DNA of 64,000 bases from a virus, in IMG/VR virus record IMGVR_UViG_3300036770_008686, positions 71,790-135,789 of that record; one strand, 5' to 3'. Shown here one piece after another: positions 1 to 8,825 of this stretch. The stretch's first letter is position 1. Every line of letters begins with the position of its first letter. The notes below the pieces were generated by a model that ran no database searches, had not been told where the DNA came from, and was given only the letters and a program-made list of their open reading frames with translations. Position numbers and translations under genes: made by a program.

Positions 1-135
1 CCCATTTAAAAAAAGATCAAGGCTCAAAGCTGTTTCAAAATGAAGATTATTTTCAATACAATAAGTGGCAGAGCCTTCGCCCCAACGCCATCCATCTTCA
101 AATTTTCGAACAACAACAAAGTTATCTGCGCTCAT
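1..135 (-). CDS. hypothetical protein, partial (runs off window start)
   Basis: ATG at 135, open frame MSADNFVVVRKFEDGWRWGEGS... to position 1; starts 7 nt after the vWA stop. Confidence 0.6.
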   Translation of the reverse strand, partial: MSADNFVVVRKFEDGWRWGEGSATYCIENNLHFETALSLDLFLNG

Positions 136-141
136 TGTGAT

Positions 142-783
142 TTACTCATCATGGTCTTTTTCATTATAATTAAATAATTGTGACGCTACTGCTCCTCCAA
201 CTTTTGATCTTCTATAATTTGAAGTGCAAGCACAAAGAGAAGTCCAAGCCTGATTAGCCCCTGTTGAATCGGCTGTATAATTTAATATCTTTGAGCGATC
301 TACTCCAATGCCTCCTCCTGCCTTAAAGGCGTCTTGGTTTGCTCCTAAATAAGTAAAAGTCCAATTATATTTTTCTGTCTGGTGTTTGATTAGATCTTGA
401 ACTTGATTGCCGGAAAATTCCTTGCTAGCATTCTCATAACCATCAGTAATTATTACAAACAAAACCCTATCTGGTCTATCTTCTTCTTTCATTTGAGCTA
501 GATTAATACCAACGGTATTTATTGTTCTGGCCACAGCGTCAAACATGGCTGTTCCACCTCTAGGCGAAATCTTATATTTTTTAATATCACTAATGTCCAT
601 ATTTTCATAAACCGCATTATACTCGTCATCAAACTCATAAAGAGAAACATCGCACTGACCTAGTTTTTGATCTTTTTGATTTTTAATAAAGTTTTCTAAG
701 CCACCATCCATATCTTTGGCAATATTGCTCATGCTGCCACTTCGATCAATAACAAATACTATTTTTGTATAGTTTTCTTTCAT
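142..783 (-). CDS. von Willebrand factor A (vWA) domain protein
   Basis: MIDAS motif IVFVIDRSGSM, GGTAMFDA, VIITDGYEN. Confidence 0.9.
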   Translation of the reverse strand: MKENYTKIVFVIDRSGSMSNIAKDMDGGLENFIKNQKDQKLGQCDVSLYEFDDEYNAVYENMDISDIKKYKISPRGGTAMFDAVARTINTVGINLAQMKEEDRPDRVLFVIITDGYENASKEFSGNQVQDLIKHQTEKYNWTFTYLGANQDAFKAGGGIGVDRSKILNYTADSTGANQAWTSLCACTSNYRRSKVGGAVASQLFNYNEKDHDE

Positions 784-848
784 ATTTTTACTCCCAATTA
801 AGATAACAATAGTTTACCAAAAAATAAAAATCCTGCAAATAATCAAAC

Positions 849-1172
849 TCATTTATCATTTTTTTCAGGATTTTCATAATGAGGATAGTGGTCACCTAAG
901 TTAAACGAATCATATTCTTTTTTGTTTAAGTAAATCTTTTCTAACTTGTCTTGTCTCACAATTGTAATCAAAAATCTATCTGGAATCTGTACAGTTTTTT
1001 GAACTATATTCCAGGTTGTTTTTGGTTTGCCATCCCAGCCAATACCAAAACTAGGCACGATTGTTGATATTTTTTCATTATGTGCGGCTATAAATTCTTT
1101 ATTTATAACTTTGCCTTGTATAAATTCGGGTTTGCATCCAATTAAAAGAACAAATAGTAATAATTTTTTCAT
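849..1172 (-). CDS. hypothetical secreted protein or lipoprotein
   Basis: MKKLLLFVLLIGC signal/lipobox-like N-terminus; ATG overlaps the upstream TGA (ATGA). Confidence 0.6.
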   Translation of the reverse strand: MKKLLLFVLLIGCKPEFIQGKVINKEFIAAHNEKISTIVPSFGIGWDGKPKTTWNIVQKTVQIPDRFLITIVRQDKLEKIYLNKKEYDSFNLGDHYPHYENPEKNDK

Positions 1173-1408
1173 TCTTTCTTCGCAGGAGTTTGAGCATCTA
1201 ATTTTTGACCACAAAAAGGACAATAGTGAACCTCTAACTCAAATATACCAAAATCAGATTCAACAAAATGAACCCAATGAAGTTCGTTCCAATATACAAT
1301 GTTGTTAACAGTGCAACAACCCGGCTTATTGTATTTTTTCTTTTCTATGTATTGATCTTTAGATAACAATCTTTTGGGGCGAGTTTTTTCAAATTTAAAA
1401 TTTTTCAT
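1169..1408 (-). CDS. small hypothetical protein with CPFCG zinc-knuckle motif
   Basis: GCC...YCPFCGQKL; coupled to both neighbours. Confidence 0.65.
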   Translation of the reverse strand: MKNFKFEKTRPKRLLSKDQYIEKKKYNKPGCCTVNNIVYWNELHWVHFVESDFGIFELEVHYCPFCGQKLDAQTPAKKE

Positions 1409-1647
1409 TTGTCCTTATAAATAAATTTCCATTCTGATAAGTCGATATCAACACCCGTAGCATCTTTAACTTTATTTGCTATATCTAGTGCATTAGATGT
1501 AATCCTGTTTACTGCATCACGACCCGCCTGAGCACATAATCCCATTTCTAATATACTAGCGTCGTTCATAACGTGATGAATAATGTCTTCCCATTGACTT
1601 TTTGTGAGGGATAGTGTGGCGGTAATGATTTCATTTTTGTCAGTCAT
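1405..1647 (-). CDS. hypothetical protein
   Basis: ORF in co-directional run; start placed at MTDKNE after an AAGGA-like RBS. Confidence 0.6.
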   Translation of the reverse strand: MTDKNEIITATLSLTKSQWEDIIHHVMNDASILEMGLCAQAGRDAVNRITSNALDIANKVKDATGVDIDLSEWKFIYKDK

Positions 1648-1735
1648 TTCTTTTTTCCTTAGCACCAAAAAAAACCACGAAAAATTTCATGTCAATCTCG
1701 CAAGTATGTTGATCGGCGTATTGGGGTTTACACAC

Positions 1736-2182
1736 TCAGACATTGTTTAAATGATTGATCACAGCCGCAGCTATTTGAATATTTATTCCAATATTCTCAT
1801 CAGTTTGAAAAAAAGACCCTTCAATGTTAGCATCATCAAAATCGTCTATTATTGCAAACTTTTGCACACTAGGATTATTTGCAAGCCACGCCATTATCTC
1901 TTCGCTTCTCTTGACCCAACGGCCATCCCAGCTTGCAGATCTTTCTAAAACAGGAGTGCAGTCATGAATTTCAAGTCTATGTTGGGCAAGTGATTGAACA
2001 ACAAGATTTTTATCTTTTTCTTGTATTCTCCAGGTGCTAGAGAGAACAATCCTTGCATCGGTTTCTTCGACTATTTTTGCAACAAGAGAAACAAGAGATT
2101 GATCAATAAAATCGAACCCAAATTTTTTAATAAGCTTAGGAGTGTTAAGAACTCCATCGACATCAAGAAAAATAATTTTCAT
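1736..2182 (-). CDS. HAD-superfamily phosphatase, Swiss-Army-Knife RNA-repair-like
   Basis: KIIFLDVDGVLN, IVLSSTWR, FAIIDD. Confidence 0.85.
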   Translation of the reverse strand: MKIIFLDVDGVLNTPKLIKKFGFDFIDQSLVSLVAKIVEETDARIVLSSTWRIQEKDKNLVVQSLAQHRLEIHDCTPVLERSASWDGRWVKRSEEIMAWLANNPSVQKFAIIDDFDDANIEGSFFQTDENIGINIQIAAAVINHLNNV

Positions 2183-2216
2183 TTATGCTTCCTCGCTCTG
2201 ATCCTGTCGAGAGATA

Positions 2217-2223
2217 CGTACCG
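2217..2223 (-). promoter_or_regulatory. CGGTACG motif, copy 1
   Basis: + strand cgtaccg, 35 nt upstream of the HAD gene start. Confidence 0.6.
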
Positions 2224-2226
2224 ACC

Positions 2227-2508
2227 CTAAACCCCATCAGCATCTTCGCCATTAATATAATCTATAACAGGCTGCTCACAACAATCCAACATCTTTTTTA
2301 AAGAAGTTTTTAATCCTGCTATATTTTCTTCAAAGAAAATAGAACTTTCTTCTATGTGAACAACATCATTATTTTCGTCTAAAAAAACTTGATGAATTCC
2401 GTAAACTGTAATGGGATTATCTAGGTAGTCTGGTCTGTTTGTTTTTTTTATCACCCTAAATTCCCAGCCCATTTCAAAACATCCTTTCGATAGTTCCTTC
2501 GGGAACAC
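2227..2508 (-). CDS. hypothetical protein
   Basis: ORF track; WEFRVIKK...YGIHQVF. Confidence 0.65.
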   Translation of the reverse strand: MFPKELSKGCFEMGWEFRVIKKTNRPDYLDNPITVYGIHQVFLDENNDVVHIEESSIFFEENIAGLKTSLKKMLDCCEQPVIDYINGEDADGV

Positions 2509-2665
2509 TTAATATTTCCATAATAGCTCTGGAGCAGCCGTCTATTTCGTAGATGGTTTCAGCATTGTGTTGATTAACTTCCACCTTAACACAATAATCT
2601 TTAATTATTGTAGCAAGCTCATAAAGATCTTTTATATCCTCTTCTTCTAGTTTTTTTCTTAACAT
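2474..2665 (-). CDS. hypothetical protein
   Basis: ORF track; overlaps its neighbours in an operon. Confidence 0.55.
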   Translation of the reverse strand: MLRKKLEEEDIKDLYELATIIKDYCVKVEVNQHNAETIYEIDGCSRAIMEILSVPEGTIERMF

Positions 2666-3180
2666 TTTAAACCTTTCATTCCTTGTTTTTTCATTTTCAA
2701 AATAACCTCGGCATTACCAATAGCGTCGTTCACAGGATTGTGATCATGTATTGTGTCTCTTAAATTTTTCCAAGAAGCTCGTGCATCTCTTACAAAACCA
2801 CAATAAAGATCTCCAATTCTTCGACCACTATAACCAAAAGGATTTTCTCCAAGAAAATTGTGAAAATAATAATTTATCCACTGCCAATCATAGCATGGAT
2901 TGTCGCTGATGAAAACAGGCCTATCGTTTTTACTGTTTTCTACTATCCAATCTCTAAAAGAAATCATCACCTGCTTAGGTTCGTCAAAAATTAAATGCTT
3001 TTCTCTAGAGAAGCCACTTATCTTTAAAGCCTCATGCAGATAATTTTCAGAAATAGGCTTTGTTTTACCATAAAAAGTTTTGTTCAGATATTCGTCAACA
3101 ATCACAGCTCCAAAACAAACCATGCTATAAATCGGAGGAACCGGTCCATCGCTCTCTACATCTACAACTATTAGTGGCAT
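2659..3180 (-). CDS. DEDDh 3'-5' exonuclease/exoribonuclease (Rv2179c-like)
   Basis: IVVDVESDGP (ExoI), SDNPCYDWQW (ExoII), HNPVNDA (ExoIII). Confidence 0.85.
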   Translation of the reverse strand: MPLIVVDVESDGPVPPIYSMVCFGAVIVDEYLNKTFYGKTKPISENYLHEALKISGFSREKHLIFDEPKQVMISFRDWIVENSKNDRPVFISDNPCYDWQWINYYFHNFLGENPFGYSGRRIGDLYCGFVRDARASWKNLRDTIHDHNPVNDAIGNAEVILKMKKQGMKGLKC

Positions 3181-3719
3181 GAATATTTTTCCCAATATAA
3201 AGAAGAGTAAAATTTCCAAATAGAATCAATAAAAAATTTGGCAGTGATTAAACTGCTAGACTCAGCCGAAATAACACTTTCGGCATAATCTTCTGGTTCG
3301 TTTCTTGTTGCTGGTATGCTATGTCCAACGACTACCTCCCAAACAGGGATTTCTTTAAAACAAGATATTGTTTCAACTTCTTTTATAGAACATGCTATTG
3401 AAATTCCACAGTCTTCACATTCTATTATTTTTTCTTCATCATTAATTTTAACGTTAACAAAAGAGAAAAAATGCTTCATTGAATCTAGAATAATTTCCTT
3501 AAGTTCTTCCCAATTATTTTTGGCAAATTCCTCTAATTCGGGATATTTACCGTTATTGTGTTCCAACTCTAAAATTGGCTTTACAAATCTTTTTTCAATA
3601 GAAATTTTATTGCCATAGGTTTCAACTACAAAAATATTATCATGCTCTTCTAAAAGAACTCCTTTTATCCACTTTTCGCCTCTCATTATACCGACTTTTG
3701 TAAATACTTTTATTTTCAT
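3171..3719 (-). CDS. hypothetical protein
   Basis: ORF track, 182 aa. Confidence 0.7.
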   Translation of the reverse strand: MKIKVFTKVGIMRGEKWIKGVLLEEHDNIFVVETYGNKISIEKRFVKPILELEHNNGKYPELEEFAKNNWEELKEIILDSMKHFFSFVNVKINDEEKIIECEDCGISIACSIKEVETISCFKEIPVWEVVVGHSIPATRNEPEDYAESVISAESSSLITAKFFIDSIWKFYSSLYWEKYSCH

Positions 3720-3744
3720 TTTTCTACTCCAAAAAAATTATATT

Positions 3745-3963
3745 TCATAAAATGAAAGAACGAACAGAGTAATTAGGATCAACCACAATAAACAATTCAG
3801 AGTTATCAACAGAACAATAACATTTGATATTCTTATTGTTCTGACAAATAAACTCGAATTCTTTTTTTATTAATTCAAATTTTTTTGAATCTTTTTTTAT
3901 CCTAATAATAGGATTTTGTTCTAAAACACAAAGAATATTTTTCGAAAAATTAGAAAGTTTCAT
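3745..3963 (-). CDS. hypothetical protein
   Basis: ORF track, 72 aa. Confidence 0.55.
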   Translation of the reverse strand: MKLSNFSKNILCVLEQNPIIRIKKDSKKFELIKKEFEFICQNNKNIKCYCSVDNSELFIVVDPNYSVRSFIL

Positions 3964-3965
3964 AA

Positions 3966-4000
3966 TGAATACCCAACCCCTAAAGGGATTGGGTTTCCTG
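3966..4000 (+). mobile_element. isolated IS200/IS605-family end-like hairpin (no transposase)
   Basis: tgaatACCCAAcCCCtaaaGGGaTTGGGTttcctg: hairpin with TAAA loop typical of IS200/IS605 subterminal palindromes. Confidence 0.45.
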
Positions 4001-4055
4001 CTTCCGAGATCATTTAAAATTTTAAAAGGACGACCAACTGTGGATTCGTACCCAA

Positions 4056-4445
4056 TTACTTTTTTATATAATTTTTAAATAAATTAAAAAGAGTTAAAAA
4101 ATAATTTGCTTTAATAGACTCTTTTTGCACATCATACTCTTTGAATTCATTTATCAATATATAAATTAACTTTCCACTTTTAAATTCTGCAATATAACTG
4201 ACATAGATTTGTTTTTTTGGAGGATCATCAAAAAAATGAGTATAAAAAGTCAAAAAACCATCATATTGAATTTGTTTATATTCACCATTTATATTTTTGT
4301 ATAATTTTTTTTTGTATATTTTATATTGATCAAATTTTTTAGATAAACAATTAGTTTTAAAAGGCTCGAGGCTCCAATTAGTTTGTAGAAATCTTAATCC
4401 TTCTGGGATTGGGAAAGGATCAGAACAAACAATAATATCATGCAT
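4056..4445 (-). CDS. hypothetical protein
   Basis: ORF track, 129 aa. Confidence 0.65.
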   Translation of the reverse strand: MHDIIVCSDPFPIPEGLRFLQTNWSLEPFKTNCLSKKFDQYKIYKKKLYKNINGEYKQIQYDGFLTFYTHFFDDPPKKQIYVSYIAEFKSGKLIYILINEFKEYDVQKESIKANYFLTLFNLFKNYIKK

Positions 4446-4938
4446 AAACTTTTAAACTTTTTAAGTTTACTTGGCTAAAATCTTGAAGTTTATTGGTATA
4501 AAAAACTTTTTTAAACCCAAGTCTAAGTATCATGTCTAAGCAGCCATTACAAGGTCTGCTATAGTCTATTTCGTTTTTCCTGTTTATTCTTGTATTAACT
4601 AGTATTAAACTCTTGCAGTTCTTCCCATATTTTAAAACAGCATTAACTTCGGAGTGGGTTCCAACAATATCGCTTATTCTGCTTTTTTGTTTGTTTATAT
4701 AATTAAAGTTTAAATTATAAGGATGAGTTTTTGGATTGTTTATTCCTATAGACAAAATTCTGTTGCCGTCTAATATGAAGCTAAAATGCCTGCATCTGTG
4801 GTGGTGCTTCTTTTTACCCGCCAGAGCGTGGCTAATTTCTATTATCCTATCAAAATTCATAAACATGATGATATCAAAAATTATCTTCTGCTTCAAATAG
4901 TTCTTTTGGATAACAGTGCTCTTCTTGATTGTCATCAA
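4438..4938 (-). CDS. zinc-dependent CMP/dCMP-type deaminase
   Basis: THSEVNAV (HxE) and SRPCNGC (PCxxC). Confidence 0.85.
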   Translation of the reverse strand: MMTIKKSTVIQKNYLKQKIIFDIIMFMNFDRIIEISHALAGKKKHHHRCRHFSFILDGNRILSIGINNPKTHPYNLNFNYINKQKSRISDIVGTHSEVNAVLKYGKNCKSLILVNTRINRKNEIDYSRPCNGCLDMILRLGFKKVFYTNKLQDFSQVNLKSLKVYA

Positions 4939-5078
4939 CTATAAAATAGCAAAATTGATTTTCTTTAATAACAATATAAATAAAACCAATTTTCAAAGAC
5001 AAAGGATAGCCACAATTATCTTTACACAATACTTTCATAAAAAGTATATATGTAATTTTTTTAACTATTTTACTTTTA

Positions 5079-5339
5079 ATGACCTACTTTTTAATAATTT
5101 TATGTAGCTTTATTTTTATTTTTAATGTTTATTTATTAAACCTTTGTTTGCTAAAATACAAAAAAAATGATTATTGGAAAACAGTTAATCATTTGTTAAC
5201 TGATTTTGATTATTTTCAATTTATAGGAGGTCCATGCGATGGTGAATTTAGGTTTTTACCAAAAGAAAAAACATATTTTATATACAAAAAAATACATCAT
5301 TATCAAAAAAATGAAAAAAAATATGTTTATATAAAATGA
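5079..5339 (+). CDS. hypothetical protein, hydrophobic N-terminus
   Basis: FIGGPCDGE motif; ends at a bidirectional terminator. Confidence 0.5.
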   Translation: MTYFLIILCSFIFIFNVYLLNLCLLKYKKNDYWKTVNHLLTDFDYFQFIGGPCDGEFRFLPKEKTYFIYKKIHHYQKNEKKYVYIK

Positions 5340-5374
5340 CCCCGGCTCTAAAACAAACTTTAGAGCCGGGGTCA
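5337..5374. terminator. bidirectional intrinsic terminator
   Basis: perfect 16-bp inverted repeat tgaccccggctctaaa/tttagagccggggtca between convergent genes. Confidence 0.85.
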
Positions 5375-5381
5375 AAATTAA

Positions 5382-5717
5382 TCAACGATATCTTCTACAG
5401 CAGTACCAACGACCACTTGAATCTTGTGCATAACCAACATCTACGGTTGTCATGCCGCTTCGAGCAAAACAACAGTTGTTGTAGGCTTGCTCTCTAGTCA
5501 TGCCACTTCCACAACCCTCATATCCAGTGTTGCCTCCAAAGTGACCAACCCGGCCAGTTCTGGCCATAGTTTCGGCAACTCCTTGGGCAGTAGAGTTGTT
5601 TACATATGAATAAACTTTATTACTATTGTTAGTGTAACTATAGACCCTCCTAGGCTTTGCTTCTGCCGTTTGGATTAATCCAACAAACAAAAACAAACAA
5701 GCAACTAACTTCTTCAT
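5382..5717 (-). CDS. small secreted Cys-rich protein (minimal CAP/SCP-like, Planctomycete-type)
   Basis: signal peptide MKKLVACLFLFVGLIQTAEA; MARTGRVGHFGG..YEGCG..NCCF..WYCCRRY; RBS GGAGG. Confidence 0.75.
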   Translation of the reverse strand: MKKLVACLFLFVGLIQTAEAKPRRVYSYTNNSNKVYSYVNNSTAQGVAETMARTGRVGHFGGNTGYEGCGSGMTREQAYNNCCFARSGMTTVDVGYAQDSSGRWYCCRRYR

Positions 5718-5748
5718 AAATCCCTCCGTGAAAAAACCAACCAAACAA

Positions 5749-5777
5749 ATTTACACAATCAACGCAATTGTGTAAAT
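5749..5777 (-). terminator. hairpin after the vWA-like gene
   Basis: 11-bp inverted repeat atttacacaat/attgtgtaaat. Confidence 0.45.
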
Positions 5778-5789
5778 GTCTCTAAAGTA

Positions 5790-6641
5790 TTAGATTTCTA
5801 TTCCTTCAATCCCCTCTTCGGTGCTTCCGTCGTAGTAAATAAACTTTCCACCTACAATGTTTTTTAATTTTTCAAGAGTATATTGTAACAATTCTTTGTT
5901 GTTTTTAGTGTTCACAGATCTACCTAAACCATCATCAATGCCAGCATTATACAAATGGTTTACAATATTTTTAGCCCTAAAAATAGCAGACCTAAAGAAA
6001 CCGGGAAGAATAGCTGTCTGCATTCTATACAAGTCCATAGGTTTGTCAGATTCTTTGATCTTTAGAAGGGTGAACAAATTTTTAAATTGACCAACCCCAG
6101 TATCCGTAGAAGTGCTTGAAGCATAAACCTCTACAAGATAACCTTTTTTTATTAAACCTTCTACTTTTTTTATAGCTTTGCTAATATAGTCAAGAAGTTC
6201 TTTTGAAGATGTACTAGAAAGATATCCAACATTAACCAAAACTCTTACTGCCCTATCTTGACTTTTTACTCTAGAAACTTTTCTATAGGGAAAAGGATCG
6301 GAGGATAAGTATGAATCAATGCAAATTTCTCCATCATATTCATTTTTAAGCCTTCTTCTTTTAACGCTCGGAAGCTTTGAATTAAAAGAAATTTTACAAG
6401 AGTGCTGATTATAAGATTTTTGAAGGCTACTATTTAATCTTCCTTTTATAAGCATATCCCAGGTGTCTTTACCTGATATTCCCGAACCAAACGCCCATTC
6501 ACTATCCGTTATTTGATTCAGATTGCCACAATAACTTTCAGGGCTAACTAACTCAATGTTTTCATAACTTCTACTCATAACTTCGGTTGGGTTTTTAAAC
6601 AAGACCAAAGTAGAATCGTGGTTTATTTTTTTGACAAGCAT
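5790..6641 (-). CDS. degenerate vWA-like partner of the MoxR/CobS-type AAA ATPase
   Basis: starts 1 nt after the AAA stop; DGEICIDSYL, RVLVNVGYLSS, GFFRSAIF, GLGRS. Confidence 0.6.
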   Translation of the reverse strand: MLVKKINHDSTLVLFKNPTEVMSRSYENIELVSPESYCGNLNQITDSEWAFGSGISGKDTWDMLIKGRLNSSLQKSYNQHSCKISFNSKLPSVKRRRLKNEYDGEICIDSYLSSDPFPYRKVSRVKSQDRAVRVLVNVGYLSSTSSKELLDYISKAIKKVEGLIKKGYLVEVYASSTSTDTGVGQFKNLFTLLKIKESDKPMDLYRMQTAILPGFFRSAIFRAKNIVNHLYNAGIDDGLGRSVNTKNNKELLQYTLEKLKNIVGGKFIYYDGSTEEGIEGIEI

Positions 6642-6642
6642 A

Positions 6643-7605
6643 TTAAGCGGCTTCTTCAAAATCGTTTAAACACTCTTTAAACTTAAGCTTTTCTTCATCG
6701 GTCCAGTCCAAAGTTAATATATCAAATATTTCTTTTTCGTTAAAAGAACCAGACATTTTATAAGCACTTAAAATCGTTCTAGTACTTATACTTCTTTCAA
6801 CTTTGCAATTTTTCCGAATATATTGCAGTTTAGAAGTAAGAGAAATGCTATCAGTAATTTCAAGTTCTAAATTTTCATCATAATCAATAAAAGTTTTACT
6901 GAGAGCAAATCTATCCAAAAATGCTTTGTCTAGAATTTCTCTTCCACTGTACTCGAAACTTCCGTGTCCCCAAGTGTTTGAAGCAACTACAAGATGAAAA
7001 TTTTCATGTCTTTTTGCTACAGGGTTTTCTTTCCTATTAGGGATGGACATTTTACCATTAGCTATAGCAGAATTAATAACGAGCAAAACATTAGAATCTG
7101 CTGCGTCTATTTCATCTAAAAGAAAAACGCCACCATTTTCATATAAATCAACAAAGCTGGTAGGAATATAGGTGCCGTCTGCAACCATTCTACCTGTTAA
7201 GTGAGATTCACTCATTCCAGCAGTACAACTAATATGAGAAAAACTTAAATCTAGTGCCTTGGAAAGTTGTTCGCTAAGATAGGTTTTTCCAGATCCAGTT
7301 GGGCCAGACAACATTAGTTGTTTATGTATGCTCAAAAGGGTAAGAGCCTTATCAAAATCTCTATGTTGTCTACCTGTGAGGTTTACCTCTTTTTTATTCG
7401 GAAGAACAACAATATAAGGCTGTAGGACTTTGGCCGCTTCTCTTATTTGCTTTTGAAAGTCTTCTTTGAGTTCAGGGATAAACTCTGGTAGATGTTTTTT
7501 TGTAGCCTTTTTAATCATCCCAACTATGGGAAGTTTAATATTAAGACTTCCTTGAACCACATCTTTGGTAATCTTTTCTTTTTTTCTATCTAAAGTTGTT
7601 TGCAT
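6643..7605 (-). CDS. MoxR/CbbQ/CobS-like AAA+ ATPase
   Basis: Walker A SGPTGSGKT, Walker B FLLDEIDAA, LDKAFLDRF. Confidence 0.9.
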   Translation of the reverse strand: MQTTLDRKKEKITKDVVQGSLNIKLPIVGMIKKATKKHLPEFIPELKEDFQKQIREAAKVLQPYIVVLPNKKEVNLTGRQHRDFDKALTLLSIHKQLMLSGPTGSGKTYLSEQLSKALDLSFSHISCTAGMSESHLTGRMVADGTYIPTSFVDLYENGGVFLLDEIDAADSNVLLVINSAIANGKMSIPNRKENPVAKRHENFHLVVASNTWGHGSFEYSGREILDKAFLDRFALSKTFIDYDENLELEITDSISLTSKLQYIRKNCKVERSISTRTILSAYKMSGSFNEKEIFDILTLDWTDEEKLKFKECLNDFEEAA

Positions 7606-7649
7606 TTTTATATTGATGTTATTAGAAATTATTCGTCACAATAGACTGT

Positions 7650-7656
7650 CGTACCG
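7650..7656 (-). promoter_or_regulatory. CGGTACG motif, copy 2
   Basis: 45 nt upstream of the AAA gene start. Confidence 0.6.
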
Positions 7657-7694
7657 GTATTAATAATTTAATTACTTTTTTAATAAAATTAGAC

Positions 7695-8783
7695 TTAGTC
7701 ATCATCGTCATCGTCTTCGTCTTCGTCTTCATCTTCATCATCTTCATCATCTTCATCATCTTCATCATCTTCATCATCTTCGTCTTCATCTTCATCATCT
7801 TCATCATCTTCATAGTCTTCGTCTTCTTCGTCTTCTTCGTCGTCATCGTCATAATCATCTTCATAGTCTTCATCTTCTTCGTCTTCATCGTCATCGTCAT
7901 CGTCATAATCTTCATCGTCATAATCATCGTCATCGTCATCATCTTCTTCATCGTCATCATCTTCTTCATCATCGTAAAATACACTTAAATCTTCTTTTGT
8001 ATTTTTAGATAAAAAATTGTATAATTTTTCATCTAAATCAAAACTACTAAAAATAGGTCCATTGTCGCAATCTTTGAACTCTCCGTGTGTAAATTGAAAA
8101 ATTGGTTTTGATTGTGAGTCTTGAACTATGTAAATAGGAAGATCGTTATAAGATTCGTGGGCACCGCCTTTAGGGTCGGCTGTGCACCAAGAAGTTCCTT
8201 TGCCATATTTACATAAAAGTCTATGTCTTGAATTTAGTTTGTCTTTTTCAAAAGGAACAGCCTGAATCATGTACAGGGTATAGTCCTTGTTACTTGCCAC
8301 AATTTTTAAGAGGTCTTTATCAGACTCTAATATTTCTCCTTTCTTTTTTAAAGAAATATTTTTTCTATAACTTAGTTTTTCCTCTTTTTTCTTATTTAAG
8401 AAAGAATCTAAAGATTCATATCCAAAAGCAAACCAACCAATCTTGCCTATATGAGACTTGTCAATAGTGTTAGAGCTTAACTTTGATTTTGAATCGTCTA
8501 TACAATTAGATATAAAGTTTGTTTCAACACCAAAATCAGGATTAATCTTACTACAAATAATAACTCTTGATACAACTCCTAAACAAAAAACAAACCAATT
8601 ATAACTCTTTAAATTTTTGCTATCCAATGTAGCAAAAATTAAATTTTCAAAAGAAGATAATTCAGATGAAATTTTATTGCCAGAATATAAAATATCAGTT
8701 ATTTTTATATTTAAAATTGATTCGCTAGATTTTAGATCGTGCTTTTTAAAGCACTTCAAATTGTTTTTGAAAGTAAAGTCCAT
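7695..8783 (-). CDS. hypothetical protein with KYGKGTSWCT motif and a 92-aa Asp/Glu C-terminal tail
   Basis: ORF track; acidic tract at 7698-7973. Confidence 0.8.
   Translation of the reverse strand: MDFTFKNNLKCFKKHDLKSSESILNIKITDILYSGNKISSELSSFENLIFATLDSKNLKSYNWFVFCLGVVSRVIICSKINPDFGVETNFISNCIDDSKSKLSSNTIDKSHIGKIGWFAFGYESLDSFLNKKKEEKLSYRKNISLKKKGEILESDKDLLKIVASNKDYTLYMIQAVPFEKDKLNSRHRLLCKYGKGTSWCTADPKGGAHESYNDLPIYIVQDSQSKPIFQFTHGEFKDCDNGPIFSSFDLDEKLYNFLSKNTKEDLSVFYDDEEDDDDEEDDDDDDDYDDEDYDDDDDDEDEEDEDYEDDYDDDDEEDEEDEDYEDDEDDEDEDEDDEDDEDDEDDEDDEDEDEDEDDDDDD
7698..7973 (-). repeat. low-complexity GAT/GAC/GAA codon tract (poly-D/E)
   Basis: tcatcttca-type repeats on the + strand. Confidence 0.95.
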
Positions 8784-8825
8784 TTTAAATCAAAAATTAT
8801 TTAAGAAAAAAAGCTTAAATTGCCA

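Noticed and set aside
7622-7984. Met/Lys/Thr-rich 120-aa ORF (MKMMKMM...)
   Set aside because: It is the shifted-frame reading of the GAT/GAA acidic tract of 7695-8783
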